Shown here: positions 20,639 through 29,741 of the stretch, in pieces
Position numbering within the stretch: the stretch's first letter is position 1
Layout: each line of letters opens with the position of its first letter
NCBI GenBank assembly: GCA_043810925.1
Contig: JBDRNT010000091.1
Coordinates: 18,800-82,799, forward strand
From: Candidatus Eiseniibacteriota bacterium
Lineage (GTDB): Bacteria > Arandabacterota > Arandabacteria > Arandabacterales > Arandabacteraceae
DNA length: 64,000 nucleotides
Direction: 5' to 3'
The notes under the pieces: generated by a model
What the model was told of the DNA's origin: nothing
The model's input: the letters and a program-made list of their open reading frames with translations, nothing else
Databases searched by the model: none
Program-made: the position numbers and the translations under genes

Positions 20639-22628
20639 GCAGTGTTTCGAGGATCACCAGAACAAGTCCTGCCCACAGAAAGAGACGCGTGAGGTCCCGC
20701 CCTTTTCTCAGGAGCGAAACCGAGTCACCCATATCATCCTCGGCCGATACTCGTGTGACATCGAAACTGCGGAGTTGCGAGGCGATCCGGTCGAACCCGA
20801 CCTTTGTAAGATCCGATTCTGAAGCGTCGACATTGACGGCGAACACAGAGAGCGTCTCCCGCTCGGTCCTCAGGAAGTATATCCCCGGGTCATCGGGTGA
20901 GGTGATCCTGTAGTAGTCCGTCTCCCCCAGGGTCTCTGAGAAATGACGTACCGCACCCGACGGCCCGTCGAGTATTATCTCCCCTTCGCCGCCGCTTGCC
21001 TTGATCAGGATCTCATCTCCCGGAGCGTGTGACCGGCCGAGCCGCGCCTCGGAAGAAAGGTAAAGCAGGGTCTCGTGCACTATCGGTAGAAACTGTGAGG
21101 CCAGCACCAGGTCGTTCCATTCCATGTCGGCCGAGCTGGCAAACAACATCACCCTGTCATTGACCTCAATCATGGCCGGTGATCCATCCGAGAACGATGC
21201 AATCACGCGTCCGCCGGAGGGATTCACCTTCATGAACTGGTAGAATCTCGCGTCTGAAAACGGGCTCTCATCGCTCTTGAACTTGGCAAAAACGGCGTGT
21301 CCCCGCTCAAACCTGTCAACTGTGTAGAACCCGGACCGCCCTGCCTCAGACAGCCCTTCAAGCGTGACCCGCCCCAGACGCGGCAAGAGATTCCGGTTAT
21401 AAACACCGGTATCAACCATGTTGCCCATGAAAATCAGGAGACTGCCCCCGCCCGCCAGATAGTCCGATATCGCTTCAATCTCAAGCGGGGAGAATCTCGC
21501 AACGTTTGCGACAATCAATACGTCCACCCTGGACAGGCCCTCCCGGCTTATTGCCCCCTCCTCGATTTCAAGCGGCTCAAAACTGCCTCCCCCCTCCGGG
21601 TTAAGAGCAGTACGCACATAGGGTGCATCCCCCACTATGCCGACCACCCGTCTGCGCGATGGGAGCGCGAAGTAACGCGTATCATCGATCTCGAGCTTAT
21701 CCGTGGCCATTCTGACCTCGCCCCAGAGGAAGCTCTCCCGTGCAGGTACTCTGAACGTCTCACTCTCACGACCGAACTCACCGGGTGAGAAGACTGTGCG
21801 GTCGAGAAACTCACCCATCAGGAATAGCTCCGCCACCCTGCCCTGCATGTCGTCCGCATTGAACCGCTCAAGCGCGACCTCCATCTCCATGTCTTCACTT
21901 CCCGCAGGGATTCTGAAGGAGATGTCCTTAACACATGCGTTGGCATCCTGCTCTCCGAGATCGACCAACATCACCTTGCCCCCCGCTTCGATTTCATCCA
22001 GCGGCTCCTCAAGTGTGTCCCAGCCCCGCTTTTGCATATCCGAGATGATGTAGATCTCCCTGTTCGGATTGGCCGACTCTTTGAGGATTGAAACTGCGTG
22101 CTTTAAGGGTGTGGCAATGTCGGTGACCAGGTTGGTGGCGAAGATCTTCTCTACGCGCCCACGCACTCTCTCTGCGTCTCTCGTTCCGCTCTCGACGAGG
22201 TTCCTTGACGGCGACGACCCGGTAAGCACATAGACCTCATCCGACCGGTCGAAGTACTCAAGCAATCCGAGCGTCTTCTCTTTCGCCAGGTCAAAGAGAC
22301 GACCGCCGTCCGCACGCCTCTGCATGCTGAAACTGTCATCGAGTATTATCACGGCAGTAGTCGGAAGGTGCCCCTTGACCGCCCTTCCGCCGGTGATGGT
22401 CGGGTGGGCGAGCGCAAGCGCTATGAAGAGCAGGAGTAACACCCTTATGATAAGGAGCAGGATCTGTTTGAGATGAAATCTCCTGGTTTTCCTCCGCATC
22501 ATCTTCCGGAGGAACTCGAGTGAAGGAAAGACCTGGATCTTCGCCCTCTGCCTGTGGAGAAGATGAATTATCAGCGGCACGAGCGCCGCAAGAGCCGCAA
22601 GGAGATACAATGGATTGAGAAAGTTCAT
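20574..22628 (-). CDS. BatA-like membrane protein: N-terminal double-TM aerotolerance domain + vWA domain + GATase1/ThuA-like region + C-terminal TM
   Basis: ORF 20574..22718; ATG at 22628 with AGGTGG SD gives MNFLNPLYLLAALAALVPLIIHLL (BatA_N signature). vWA MIDAS motif (VIILDDSFSM), C-terminal TM. Confidence 0.65.
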   Translation of the reverse strand: MNFLNPLYLLAALAALVPLIIHLLHRQRAKIQVFPSLEFLRKMMRRKTRRFHLKQILLLIIRVLLLLFIALALAHPTITGGRAVKGHLPTTAVIILDDSFSMQRRADGGRLFDLAKEKTLGLLEYFDRSDEVYVLTGSSPSRNLVESGTRDAERVRGRVEKIFATNLVTDIATPLKHAVSILKESANPNREIYIISDMQKRGWDTLEEPLDEIEAGGKVMLVDLGEQDANACVKDISFRIPAGSEDMEMEVALERFNADDMQGRVAELFLMGEFLDRTVFSPGEFGRESETFRVPARESFLWGEVRMATDKLEIDDTRYFALPSRRRVVGIVGDAPYVRTALNPEGGGSFEPLEIEEGAISREGLSRVDVLIVANVARFSPLEIEAISDYLAGGGSLLIFMGNMVDTGVYNRNLLPRLGRVTLEGLSEAGRSGFYTVDRFERGHAVFAKFKSDESPFSDARFYQFMKVNPSGGRVIASFSDGSPAMIEVNDRVMLFASSADMEWNDLVLASQFLPIVHETLLYLSSEARLGRSHAPGDEILIKASGGEGEIILDGPSGAVRHFSETLGETDYYRITSPDDPGIYFLRTERETLSVFAVNVDASESDLTKVGFDRIASQLRSFDVTRVSAEDDMGDSVSLLRKGRDLTRLFLWAGLVLVILETLLASNIWRGFRQDQEEDALTHN

Positions 22629-22667
22629 CGCCTGCCACCTATGTCGGCCTTCCAGGGAAAATGGCCA

Positions 22668-22792
22668 AATGGGATGACTATACAGCCTCAAACTAACAAC
22701 GACCCGCGCCCCAGTCAAAGATAATTCGGTGACAGTTTACTAATTATCCCGGTGGACACCCGGGTACTTCGGTGACAGTTCACAAATTATCG
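22668..22792. promoter_or_regulatory. Upstream region of batA-like gene: ~53-bp block conserved with the moxR upstream region, plus two direct TTCGGTGACAGTT(T/C)AC(T/A)AATTATC repeats
   Basis: 22668-22720 aligns base-for-base with 30846-30900 (aaatggGatgactAtacaGCctcaaactaacaacgacCCGCgccccaGtcaaaG). Repeats at 22725-22749 and 22768-22792 flank a CCCGG-tggacac-CCGGG hairpin. Reverse strand reads TTGACT-17nt-TAGTTT. Confidence 0.55.
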
Positions 22793-22901
22793 GGGCACTC
22801 CGGCAGAATCATCATCCAGAAGGGGCCCCAGTCTCCTGCGAGCTACTTTCCTCTTCAGCTTACACCCTGGTATCCCGATATAGATAAGGGAGGTTGTTCG
22901 G

Positions 22902-22937
22902 CAATGCACTTCTTTATCGCAATGCACTTCTTTATCG
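22902..22937 (+). repeat. Perfect 18-bp tandem duplication (caatgcacttctttatcg x2) creating uORF MHFFIAMHFFIGPHPGAYHSTVVST
   Basis: Two identical adjacent copies; AAGGGAGG SD 10 nt upstream of the ATG at 22904; uORF ends 22981, 35 nt before the SnoaL-like gene. Confidence 0.5.
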
Positions 22938-23015
22938 GGCCCCATCCCGGGGCATATCATTCGACCGTTGTAAGCACATGAACAAACTGGCAAGTGGTTT
23001 CCGTGAGGAAAGGAG

Positions 23016-23480
23016 ATGCCAATGAGGTCGATTTGCTGTTGTCTCGTGTTTTTCACAGTGGTGCTTGCACTCGCCGCGCATAGCCCGGCCGGTGAGCGTC
23101 ACGGGCCGAACCAGGCGCTTGGTGAGGATCTGCTACGGCAGGTCTGGAGAGACATTAAGAACCGCGATATGGCCGCACTGGATACCAGGATGTCCAGAGG
23201 GTTCCAGTCGGTCCATGGATTCGGTGCAAGTGATCGCACGCGTGAGATGGAGCTGATAGCAGGCCTGGATATCAATCAGTTCTCACTGAGCGATATTGAG
23301 ATAACCAGAAACGGGCCGGTTATCACAGCCACCTATTTCGTTTCCGTCGAGGAGACCATAGACGGCGAACGGCTGTCAAAGGAGCCTGCCCCGAGACTTA
23401 CGGTGTTCCTGGAGACCGCCGAGGGGTGGAAGTGGATCGCCCATGCGAATCTCAAGCCCATGGAACAAACGGCGAAGTAG
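23016..23480 (+). CDS. Secreted SnoaL-like / NTF2-fold (DUF4440-like) protein
   Basis: 154 aa; signal peptide; NTF2-like pattern with conserved W/D residues. Confidence 0.5.
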   Translation: MPMRSICCCLVFFTVVLALAAHSPAGERHGPNQALGEDLLRQVWRDIKNRDMAALDTRMSRGFQSVHGFGASDRTREMELIAGLDINQFSLSDIEITRNGPVITATYFVSVEETIDGERLSKEPAPRLTVFLETAEGWKWIAHANLKPMEQTAK

Positions 23481-23573
23481 CCCCGGAAATCGAAACCCAA
23501 CCGGTGCCGAGATGACCGTTGGGCAGGGCCGGGTATCCAGCGAATTCAGGAGACGCACAGCCGGGAGGACGTC

Positions 23574-24563
23574 ATGACGGATCTGAGGCGAATCATCGCG
23601 TGGTACTACTTGCTCGCAGCACTTATGGTCGGTGCGCTCGGCCTCGTGGCCGCGACCCCGGCGCTGACAGGGGATCAAGATCATGCCGGAGAAGGCCGGT
23701 ACGCTGATTTCGGTGAGGTCCGGGCCGGTTTCCTTAAAGCCTACGAGGCCGGGGATTACGCCAGGGCACTTGAGATTGCCGATCGGATCAATGAGATTGT
23801 AGAGTCCGGACATATCGAGGCGCTGTACGACATGGCCTGCCTGTACAGTCTTCAGGGCGAGAACGAGAAGGCCTACTTCGCACTTGAAAGAGCCGTAGGT
23901 GCGGGCTTCCACGATGCAAAGCATCTGCTGAAGGACACCGATCTTGAGAGTGTCTGCAAAGAGGCTTGGTTCAAGTCAATAGTCGACGAGGCACAGTTCA
24001 AGGACGACCTGATCTCGATGGCACGTGAGGATGAACGCGACTTCCAAACGCCCGGGGACATCCTCGATGTGCTCGATCTCAAGCCGGGAGAGCGAGTTGC
24101 GGATATCGGCTCCGGGTCAGGCTTCTTCACAATTCCTGCCGCCAGGACAGTGGGCCCGAGCGGGGTCGTGTGGGCGATCGACATCTCCCGGGACATGCTC
24201 GATTATGTCGCCCGGCGCGCTGATGTATGCAATCTTGAGAACGTGCGGACCAAGAAGGTGCCCGACGATGACCCACAGCTGCCGGCCGAGGGCATCGACA
24301 CGATTCTCATGATCGACACCTGGCACTACATTCAGGATCCGAAGTACGCCATTAAGATACGGGCCGGCCTGGCTGATGGCGGGCGGGTCGTTATCATAGA
24401 CTATACGCCCAAACCCCGGGCCGAGCGACCGTGGGGGCCATCACCGGAGGACCTGTGCTCAAGGGAGTCGGTTGATGCAGACATGGCCGCGGCCGGTCTG
24501 GTACCCATCAAGGCGGTCAGCCTCCTGCCGGAGCAGTACTTTGTGATCTACGAGGCGAGATGA
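23574..24563 (+). CDS. Membrane-anchored TPR-like + class I SAM-dependent methyltransferase
   Basis: 329 aa; N-terminal TM, helical repeat region, SAM motif I VADIGSGSGFF; GGGAGG SD. Confidence 0.7.
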   Translation: MTDLRRIIAWYYLLAALMVGALGLVAATPALTGDQDHAGEGRYADFGEVRAGFLKAYEAGDYARALEIADRINEIVESGHIEALYDMACLYSLQGENEKAYFALERAVGAGFHDAKHLLKDTDLESVCKEAWFKSIVDEAQFKDDLISMAREDERDFQTPGDILDVLDLKPGERVADIGSGSGFFTIPAARTVGPSGVVWAIDISRDMLDYVARRADVCNLENVRTKKVPDDDPQLPAEGIDTILMIDTWHYIQDPKYAIKIRAGLADGGRVVIIDYTPKPRAERPWGPSPEDLCSRESVDADMAAAGLVPIKAVSLLPEQYFVIYEAR

Positions 24564-25351
24564 TCGAAGTGCACATCGAGACTCTGCGGATATTCGCTGT
24601 TATTGCTATATTACTAACGGGTTTGGCCGGTGGCGTTCTTTCACGATTGATGTCAGCCGGCACCAGAAGCGAACGCCTGCTGTCCCTGGGTAATGCATTT
24701 GCCGGAGGTGTCTTTCTGGGAGCCGGTGTCATCCACATGCTGCCCGACGCACGAGATGGGTTTGCCGCAATTCAGGGCACTTCGGATTATCCGTGGTATG
24801 CTCTTGTCTGTACGTGTGGATTTCTGTTGATACTGTTCCTGGAAAAAGTCTGCCTGCCCAACCAGCACGGCCACGAGCTCCGGGTTGAGGGGGCAAACCA
24901 GAGTCTCCTCCAACCATACGTGCTCATGATGGTCCTCTCCCTCCATTCAATTATCACCGGTATTGCCTTTGGCACCGAGAGCACAGTTGCCCAGGCATCG
25001 GTAATCCTCATAGCCGTGCTCGCGCACAAGGGAACGGCGGCCTTTGCCCTGGGGGTGAGCATGGTGCGGACCGGCACCGACCGTGGTCGGTTCATCCGGC
25101 TGATAGCTTTCTTCTCCTGCATGACTCCTCTGGGTATAATCCTCGGGCGCATAGCCATGACGGCGATGAGCGATAAAGGCGCGCGGGTCTTTGAGGCTCT
25201 CTTCGACGCCCTGGCGGCCGGCACATTCATTTACGTGGCGGTGATAGACATCCTGGGAGAGGAGTTCGCACACCCGGACCGCAGATGGCTTAAACTGGGA
25301 GCTGTCTCGCTGGGACTCGGTCTCATGGCCGTTGTCGCCATATGGACATAG
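24560..25351 (+). CDS. ZIP-family divalent metal (Zn/Fe) transporter
   Basis: 263 aa, ~8 TM, conserved HxxxD/E motifs (IHMLPD...); 4-bp overlap with upstream methyltransferase. Confidence 0.75.
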   Translation: MIEVHIETLRIFAVIAILLTGLAGGVLSRLMSAGTRSERLLSLGNAFAGGVFLGAGVIHMLPDARDGFAAIQGTSDYPWYALVCTCGFLLILFLEKVCLPNQHGHELRVEGANQSLLQPYVLMMVLSLHSIITGIAFGTESTVAQASVILIAVLAHKGTAAFALGVSMVRTGTDRGRFIRLIAFFSCMTPLGIILGRIAMTAMSDKGARVFEALFDALAAGTFIYVAVIDILGEEFAHPDRRWLKLGAVSLGLGLMAVVAIWT

Positions 25352-25357
25352 ATCGCG

Positions 25358-26530
25358 TCACACCGGTGTTGCCCGCTTCAGCGCGGCAACGTCCCTCACC
25401 GCTCCGATAGCGGTGTCGATATGCTCCTCGGTGTTAAAGGGCCCGATGCTCAGCCGGACGGTGCCGTGGATCTTATCGGTACCCAGCTGGACATGAACAA
25501 ATGGGGCACACTGCAGTCCGGTACGGCAGGCGATGTTGTAGTCGACATCGAGCATGGTGCCGACGTCCGCCGCATCCCAGCCATCTACATTGAAGCTCAG
25601 CACCGCGAGGTGATCCTCAGAGCCGTCGGCACAGTGGAGCCTGACACCGTCGATTTCGGCAAGCCCGTTCCGCAACTTCTGCCAGAGTTTCATCTCCTTC
25701 GCGTAGATGTCCTCCACACCGCGCTCGAGCAACCATTCGAGCCCTGCACGCAGACCGGCGACGCCGACGGTATTGAGTGTCCCGCATTCCAGGCGGTACG
25801 GGAACTCATCCAGGTGAAACGGATGGGCCGAACGCACCCCCGTTCCCCCGTAGCGTGTACAACGGATGGGCACATCCTCACCCACGTAGGAACCGCCGAT
25901 ACCGGTGGGACCAAGCAGGCACTTGTGACCGGTAAAGGCGAGAAGGTCTATGTTCATTTCACCCACGTCGATTCTCTGGGTCCCGGCTGTCTGGCTTGCA
26001 TCGACCGCAAAGAAGACACCGGCTTCGCGGCACACCTTGCCGATCTCTCCGATCGGCTGGACCGTGCCCATCACGTTGGACCCATGGTTCACCACCACCA
26101 TTTTGGTGTTCCTCCTGATTGCCCGCTTCACCTCATCGGGGTCGACATATCCTCGATCATCGAAAGGAACATGTGTAACATCGATCACTCCCTCATGCTT
26201 CAGGTGATGAAGCGGGCGCAAAACCGAGTTATGCTCCACGTTCGTGGTGACCACATGGTCGCCCCTCTCTGTCATGCCCTGGATGATCATGTTCAGTGAA
26301 TCGCTGGCATTATAGCTGAAGGTAAGGTGGTTGCATGAGGTGCCGCCAAAGAACTCCATCAACATCTTTCTGGTGCCGAGCACCATCTCCTCGGCTTCCA
26401 GACTGGCGTCATATCCCGACCGCCCCGGATTGACACCCATCTTCTTGTAGAACTCGCACATGTAATCATAGACTTCCGGGGGTTTCGGGAAAGATGTTGC
26501 CGCATTATCCAGATAGATCATGTCCGACAT
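25358..26530 (-). CDS. Cysteine desulfurase-like class V aminotransferase (SufS/CsdA-type)
   Basis: 390 aa; PLP-lysine context FTGHKCLLGPTGIG; active-site Cys in RTGLQCAPF (cf. RxGxHCA of SufS); last gene of the moxR-dsrC operon. Confidence 0.75.
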   Translation of the reverse strand: MSDMIYLDNAATSFPKPPEVYDYMCEFYKKMGVNPGRSGYDASLEAEEMVLGTRKMLMEFFGGTSCNHLTFSYNASDSLNMIIQGMTERGDHVVTTNVEHNSVLRPLHHLKHEGVIDVTHVPFDDRGYVDPDEVKRAIRRNTKMVVVNHGSNVMGTVQPIGEIGKVCREAGVFFAVDASQTAGTQRIDVGEMNIDLLAFTGHKCLLGPTGIGGSYVGEDVPIRCTRYGGTGVRSAHPFHLDEFPYRLECGTLNTVGVAGLRAGLEWLLERGVEDIYAKEMKLWQKLRNGLAEIDGVRLHCADGSEDHLAVLSFNVDGWDAADVGTMLDVDYNIACRTGLQCAPFVHVQLGTDKIHGTVRLSIGPFNTEEHIDTAIGAVRDVAALKRATPV

Positions 26531-26540
26531 GGTCGCTCCT

Positions 26541-27854
26541 TTAGTTCACTTGCTTTCCCAGTACGAGGGCGTCCGCCACGATCTCGGCGACGGTCTTTAT
26601 CTCCACGTTGAGTTCGTATACGCTGTTAAGCTCCATCAGCTGATCGATACAGTTGTGGCACGGGGTGGCCACGATCCGCGCCCCGGTTCTTCTTATCTGG
26701 TCCGCCTTGATCTCCCCGGCCTCGACGCGGCGGTCACGGTACTCGCCCATCGAGAGTTGGCCCCCTCCTCCACCACAGCAGTAATTGTTCGCCCTATTGG
26801 GTGACATTTCAACAAAATCCGATACCGCCCTCGCAAGCACATACCTTTGCTCTTCAATAACACCACCGGTTCTAACGAGATTGCACGGATCGTGAAGCGT
26901 GACCCGTTCTGAGTTCAGAGACGGGTCCAGCAGGATACGGCCCGAGCGAACATACCCCGCAATCAACTCGACGACGGAAAGCACAGGATAAGGATAGGCC
27001 TTCCCAAGCCAGGCGGGTCCTTCCCAACGGATCGCCCTGAATCCGTGCCCGCATTCCGCAAGGACCAGTTGTTCGGCCTTAAGCTTCGTGACTTCATCGA
27101 AGAGCCGCCCGGCCAATTCCCGTGCCGCCTTGTCGTCACCGGAGAAATATGCGTAATTGGTCACGTCATAGCAATTGGTAGAGATGGCCCACGACTCACC
27201 GGCTGCATACATGATCTTCGCCATCGCGCTGATGGAGAGTGGAAAGAACTTGGGTTCTCTGGGATTCAGAGTGTAGAGCAGGCGCTTTCCGACCTTGTCC
27301 AGCGGGATCGTCGCGCTCTCATCCCCGACCTCCATCCTGAGGTCTTCCTCCAACCACTCCAGCGTATCCACCAGTTCCCTTTGTGGAATAGCCATATTGT
27401 TACCGGTGTTCACTGATGCATCGACCGTTGACTGAAGCCCCTTCGGAACCAAACCCAGTTCCACCAGCATTGTGCGCGCCGTCCGCACGAGAAACGGGAT
27501 ATCGACACCTATCGAACAGTGCACAGAACACCGCCCGCACATCGTGCAGCCCCCGAAAATCACATCCACCATCTCCTCGATAGCTTTCTCATCGAGATCC
27601 CCGGCACCAACCCACGCGGGCAGAACTCGCCCCACCGGCGAGAAATAGCGCCGGTACAAACGCGTAATCTGGTCCACCTTGTTACCCGGAATGAAGCGCG
27701 GGTCCTTATACTTAAGATAGTAGTGGCAGGACTTGCCGCAGAGCCCGCAGTGGACACAGCCATTGAGATGGGTAAGCAGTCTGCCGCCGAGTCTGTCTTT
27801 CAAGACCTTAAGGGCCCGCTTCCGCTCAGGGGACAGCGTATCTACACCTGCCAT
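26541..27854 (-). CDS. HdrD/DsrK/GlcF-like Fe-S oxidoreductase with two ferredoxin [4Fe-4S] motifs and two CCG domains
   Basis: ORF 26541..27986 overlaps the upstream gene; likely start near 27854-27878. CVHCGLCGKSCHY and CTMCGRCSVHCS clusters; CCG-type motifs (CGHGF, PCNLVRTGG, NYCCGGGGG). Confidence 0.7.
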   Translation of the reverse strand: MAGVDTLSPERKRALKVLKDRLGGRLLTHLNGCVHCGLCGKSCHYYLKYKDPRFIPGNKVDQITRLYRRYFSPVGRVLPAWVGAGDLDEKAIEEMVDVIFGGCTMCGRCSVHCSIGVDIPFLVRTARTMLVELGLVPKGLQSTVDASVNTGNNMAIPQRELVDTLEWLEEDLRMEVGDESATIPLDKVGKRLLYTLNPREPKFFPLSISAMAKIMYAAGESWAISTNCYDVTNYAYFSGDDKAARELAGRLFDEVTKLKAEQLVLAECGHGFRAIRWEGPAWLGKAYPYPVLSVVELIAGYVRSGRILLDPSLNSERVTLHDPCNLVRTGGVIEEQRYVLARAVSDFVEMSPNRANNYCCGGGGGQLSMGEYRDRRVEAGEIKADQIRRTGARIVATPCHNCIDQLMELNSVYELNVEIKTVAEIVADALVLGKQVN

Positions 27855-28477
27855 GATTGCCTGTCCTTGGCCGGCCATACCCCCCGGCGCCCGTAAAACA
27901 GTCCGAGATACACACGTACCGGCACGAAGTAGATTGCATGCCTGAGCTTGCCGACCGGGATATAGAGCAAGAGCACACCCGTGCAAACAAGCAGAGCAGG
28001 AATCATACTTCTATTTAGCAGCGTCACCATGGTGAGTACCTGCCAGCCCGTCACGAGGAGGTTGCTGAAGTAATCGTCCGGGCTTGAAAAATAGCGTAGA
28101 TCGGAACTCGTGATCCTTTTGACAAGAAGGACGGCCCCACTCGCCGCGGTGATGGCAAGAAGTGCTCCGGAAACCGACTCGAGGATCTTCGGCAGACCGA
28201 CCCTGAAAACCAGGACAGCCACCAAGGCAAACGCGAAGAAGGTTCCGGCGTGGTAAAGAACTCCTATAATGTAGCTTGCGGGGTACAGTCGCGCGGACTC
28301 TTTCTTCCAGGGCAGCATTGCGCCCGTAAGGGAGTACATCGCGCCGGACACGGGCTTCCCCCTCGCTATAGAAGGATCGTGTCTCAACCGGACTGCGAGC
28401 GTCTTCCTGAGCATACCTGCCGAGACCATGATGAATACTGCAAGACCCGCAACCAGGAACCAGTGCGGGATAGTCAT
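27842..28477 (-). CDS. NarI/DsrM/HdrE-like polytopic membrane subunit (putative quinone-interacting b-type cytochrome)
   Basis: 211 aa; 5-6 predicted TM helices with intramembrane His residues (YHAGTFFAF, RHAIYF); positioned between dsrC and the HdrD-like gene as in dsrMK/hdrED modules. Confidence 0.4.
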   Translation of the reverse strand: MTIPHWFLVAGLAVFIMVSAGMLRKTLAVRLRHDPSIARGKPVSGAMYSLTGAMLPWKKESARLYPASYIIGVLYHAGTFFAFALVAVLVFRVGLPKILESVSGALLAITAASGAVLLVKRITSSDLRYFSSPDDYFSNLLVTGWQVLTMVTLLNRSMIPALLVCTGVLLLYIPVGKLRHAIYFVPVRVYLGLFYGRRGVWPAKDRQSWQV

Positions 28478-28489
28478 CGCCCCGCCTTC

Positions 28490-28807
28490 CTAGACACAAC
28501 CGTCCGGCTTGGGAAGACCGGCGATCCTGCAGGCACCCTTGGCCGGCCCCATCGGGAAGAGCTGGTAGATCTCTCTCAGTCGGAGCCCCGTGTTCTGGCA
28601 GACTTTACGCACCATGGGAGCCATGTCGTTTTCCTTCCAGTACTCCCGGATGTATTTTACAACCGCCCAGTGCTTTTCGGTCAACTCACCCGTGCCGTCA
28701 CCGGCCGCGAAGAGCCGGGCCACGTCCTCATTCCAGATATCAGGCTTCTGAAGAAAGCCGTCCCCGTCAACCTCGAACTCCCGACCCTCTATCTCGACCT
28801 TGGGCAT
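28490..28807 (-). CDS. dsrC: DsrC/TusE-family sulfur-relay protein with both conserved C-terminal cysteines
   Basis: ORF 28490..28975; ATG at 28807 preceded by AGGAAAG SD gives 105 aa. C-terminus LFPMGPAKGACRIAGLPKPDGCV matches the DsrC flexible arm (Cys at -11 and -2). Confidence 0.85.
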   Translation of the reverse strand: MPKVEIEGREFEVDGDGFLQKPDIWNEDVARLFAAGDGTGELTEKHWAVVKYIREYWKENDMAPMVRKVCQNTGLRLREIYQLFPMGPAKGACRIAGLPKPDGCV

Positions 28808-28844
28808 CTGTCTTTCCTTTCCATAAAACCTGTCTGCGTCTTTA

Positions 28845-29741
28845 CTACCCCAGTCGCTGGCGTTTCTCAAGGTAGGAGAAAAGGGCAACGTCGAAGGTGG
28901 TTGAGGTCTTGACCGGGACATAATCGATTCCACTCTGCCTGAGTATGCTTCTATACCTGTCGATCCAGGATGCAACCCGGTCCTTGTATTCCTGTCTTAT
29001 CTCCCACGGTACGGCCGGGACCTCGTCACCCGTTTCCATGTCTCGCAAGATCACTTCCTGCTCAAACGGGAAAGCCACTTCGTACGGATCGAGGACATGG
29101 AAGACAATCACCTCATGTTTCATGTGCCGGAAGAGCTTGAGCCCCCGTATCACACGTTCCTCATCATCAAGAAGATCCGAGATGAGAATCACGAGCCCGC
29201 GGCGTTTGATCCGCTGGGCAAGTTCATGAAGGCTCTTCCCCAGGTCGGTCTCCTCACGCGCCTCGAGATTGGCAAACTCCTTGAGTAGCACATGGAGGTG
29301 TTTCCTGACCGCTCGCGGGGGGATGTACGTCCGCAGTTTGGTATCGAAGGTCAAAAGCCCGACCGAATCCTGTTGCTTGAGCATGAGGTACGCCAGCGAT
29401 GCACCAAGGTAGCAGCCGTATTCCAGCTTCGTGATCCCGCTTGAGGAATAGCCCATCGAGCCGCTTCCATCCATGATGATGTAGGCTCTGAGATTGGTCT
29501 CTTCCTCGTATTCCTTTATATAGAACCTGTCCGTCTTGCCATAAACCTTCCAGTCGATGTACCGGATGGAATCGCCGGGCATGTACTGCCTGTGCTCCGC
29601 GAACTCCACCGAGAAACCCTTGTACGGGCCCCTGTGAAGACCCGAGACGAAACCTTCGACGACAAGCCTTGCCTTGATGTCGATTCCCTTAAGCCTCGAT
29701 ATCACTGCCGGATCGAGGTACTTGCGGTAGTCTTCAGCCAC
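28845..29741 (-). CDS. DUF58 (vWA-like) protein, MoxR partner
   Basis: 298 aa; DUF58 signature GFSVEFAEHRQYMPGDSIRYIDW; 8-bp overlap with moxR. Confidence 0.85.
   Translation of the reverse strand: MAEDYRKYLDPAVISRLKGIDIKARLVVEGFVSGLHRGPYKGFSVEFAEHRQYMPGDSIRYIDWKVYGKTDRFYIKEYEEETNLRAYIIMDGSGSMGYSSSGITKLEYGCYLGASLAYLMLKQQDSVGLLTFDTKLRTYIPPRAVRKHLHVLLKEFANLEAREETDLGKSLHELAQRIKRRGLVILISDLLDDEERVIRGLKLFRHMKHEVIVFHVLDPYEVAFPFEQEVILRDMETGDEVPAVPWEIRQEYKDRVASWIDRYRSILRQSGIDYVPVKTSTTFDVALFSYLEKRQRLG

Noticed and set aside
22902..22937. Tandem repeat as CRISPR array
   Set aside because: Only two 18-bp copies, directly adjacent with no spacers, no cas genes nearby
28011..28912. ORFs 28011..28499 (-) and 28250..28912 (+) overlapping the NarI-like and dsrC genes
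   Set aside because: Alternative frames of well-supported genes (DsrC C-terminal signature, TM-rich membrane protein); products Arg-rich and featureless
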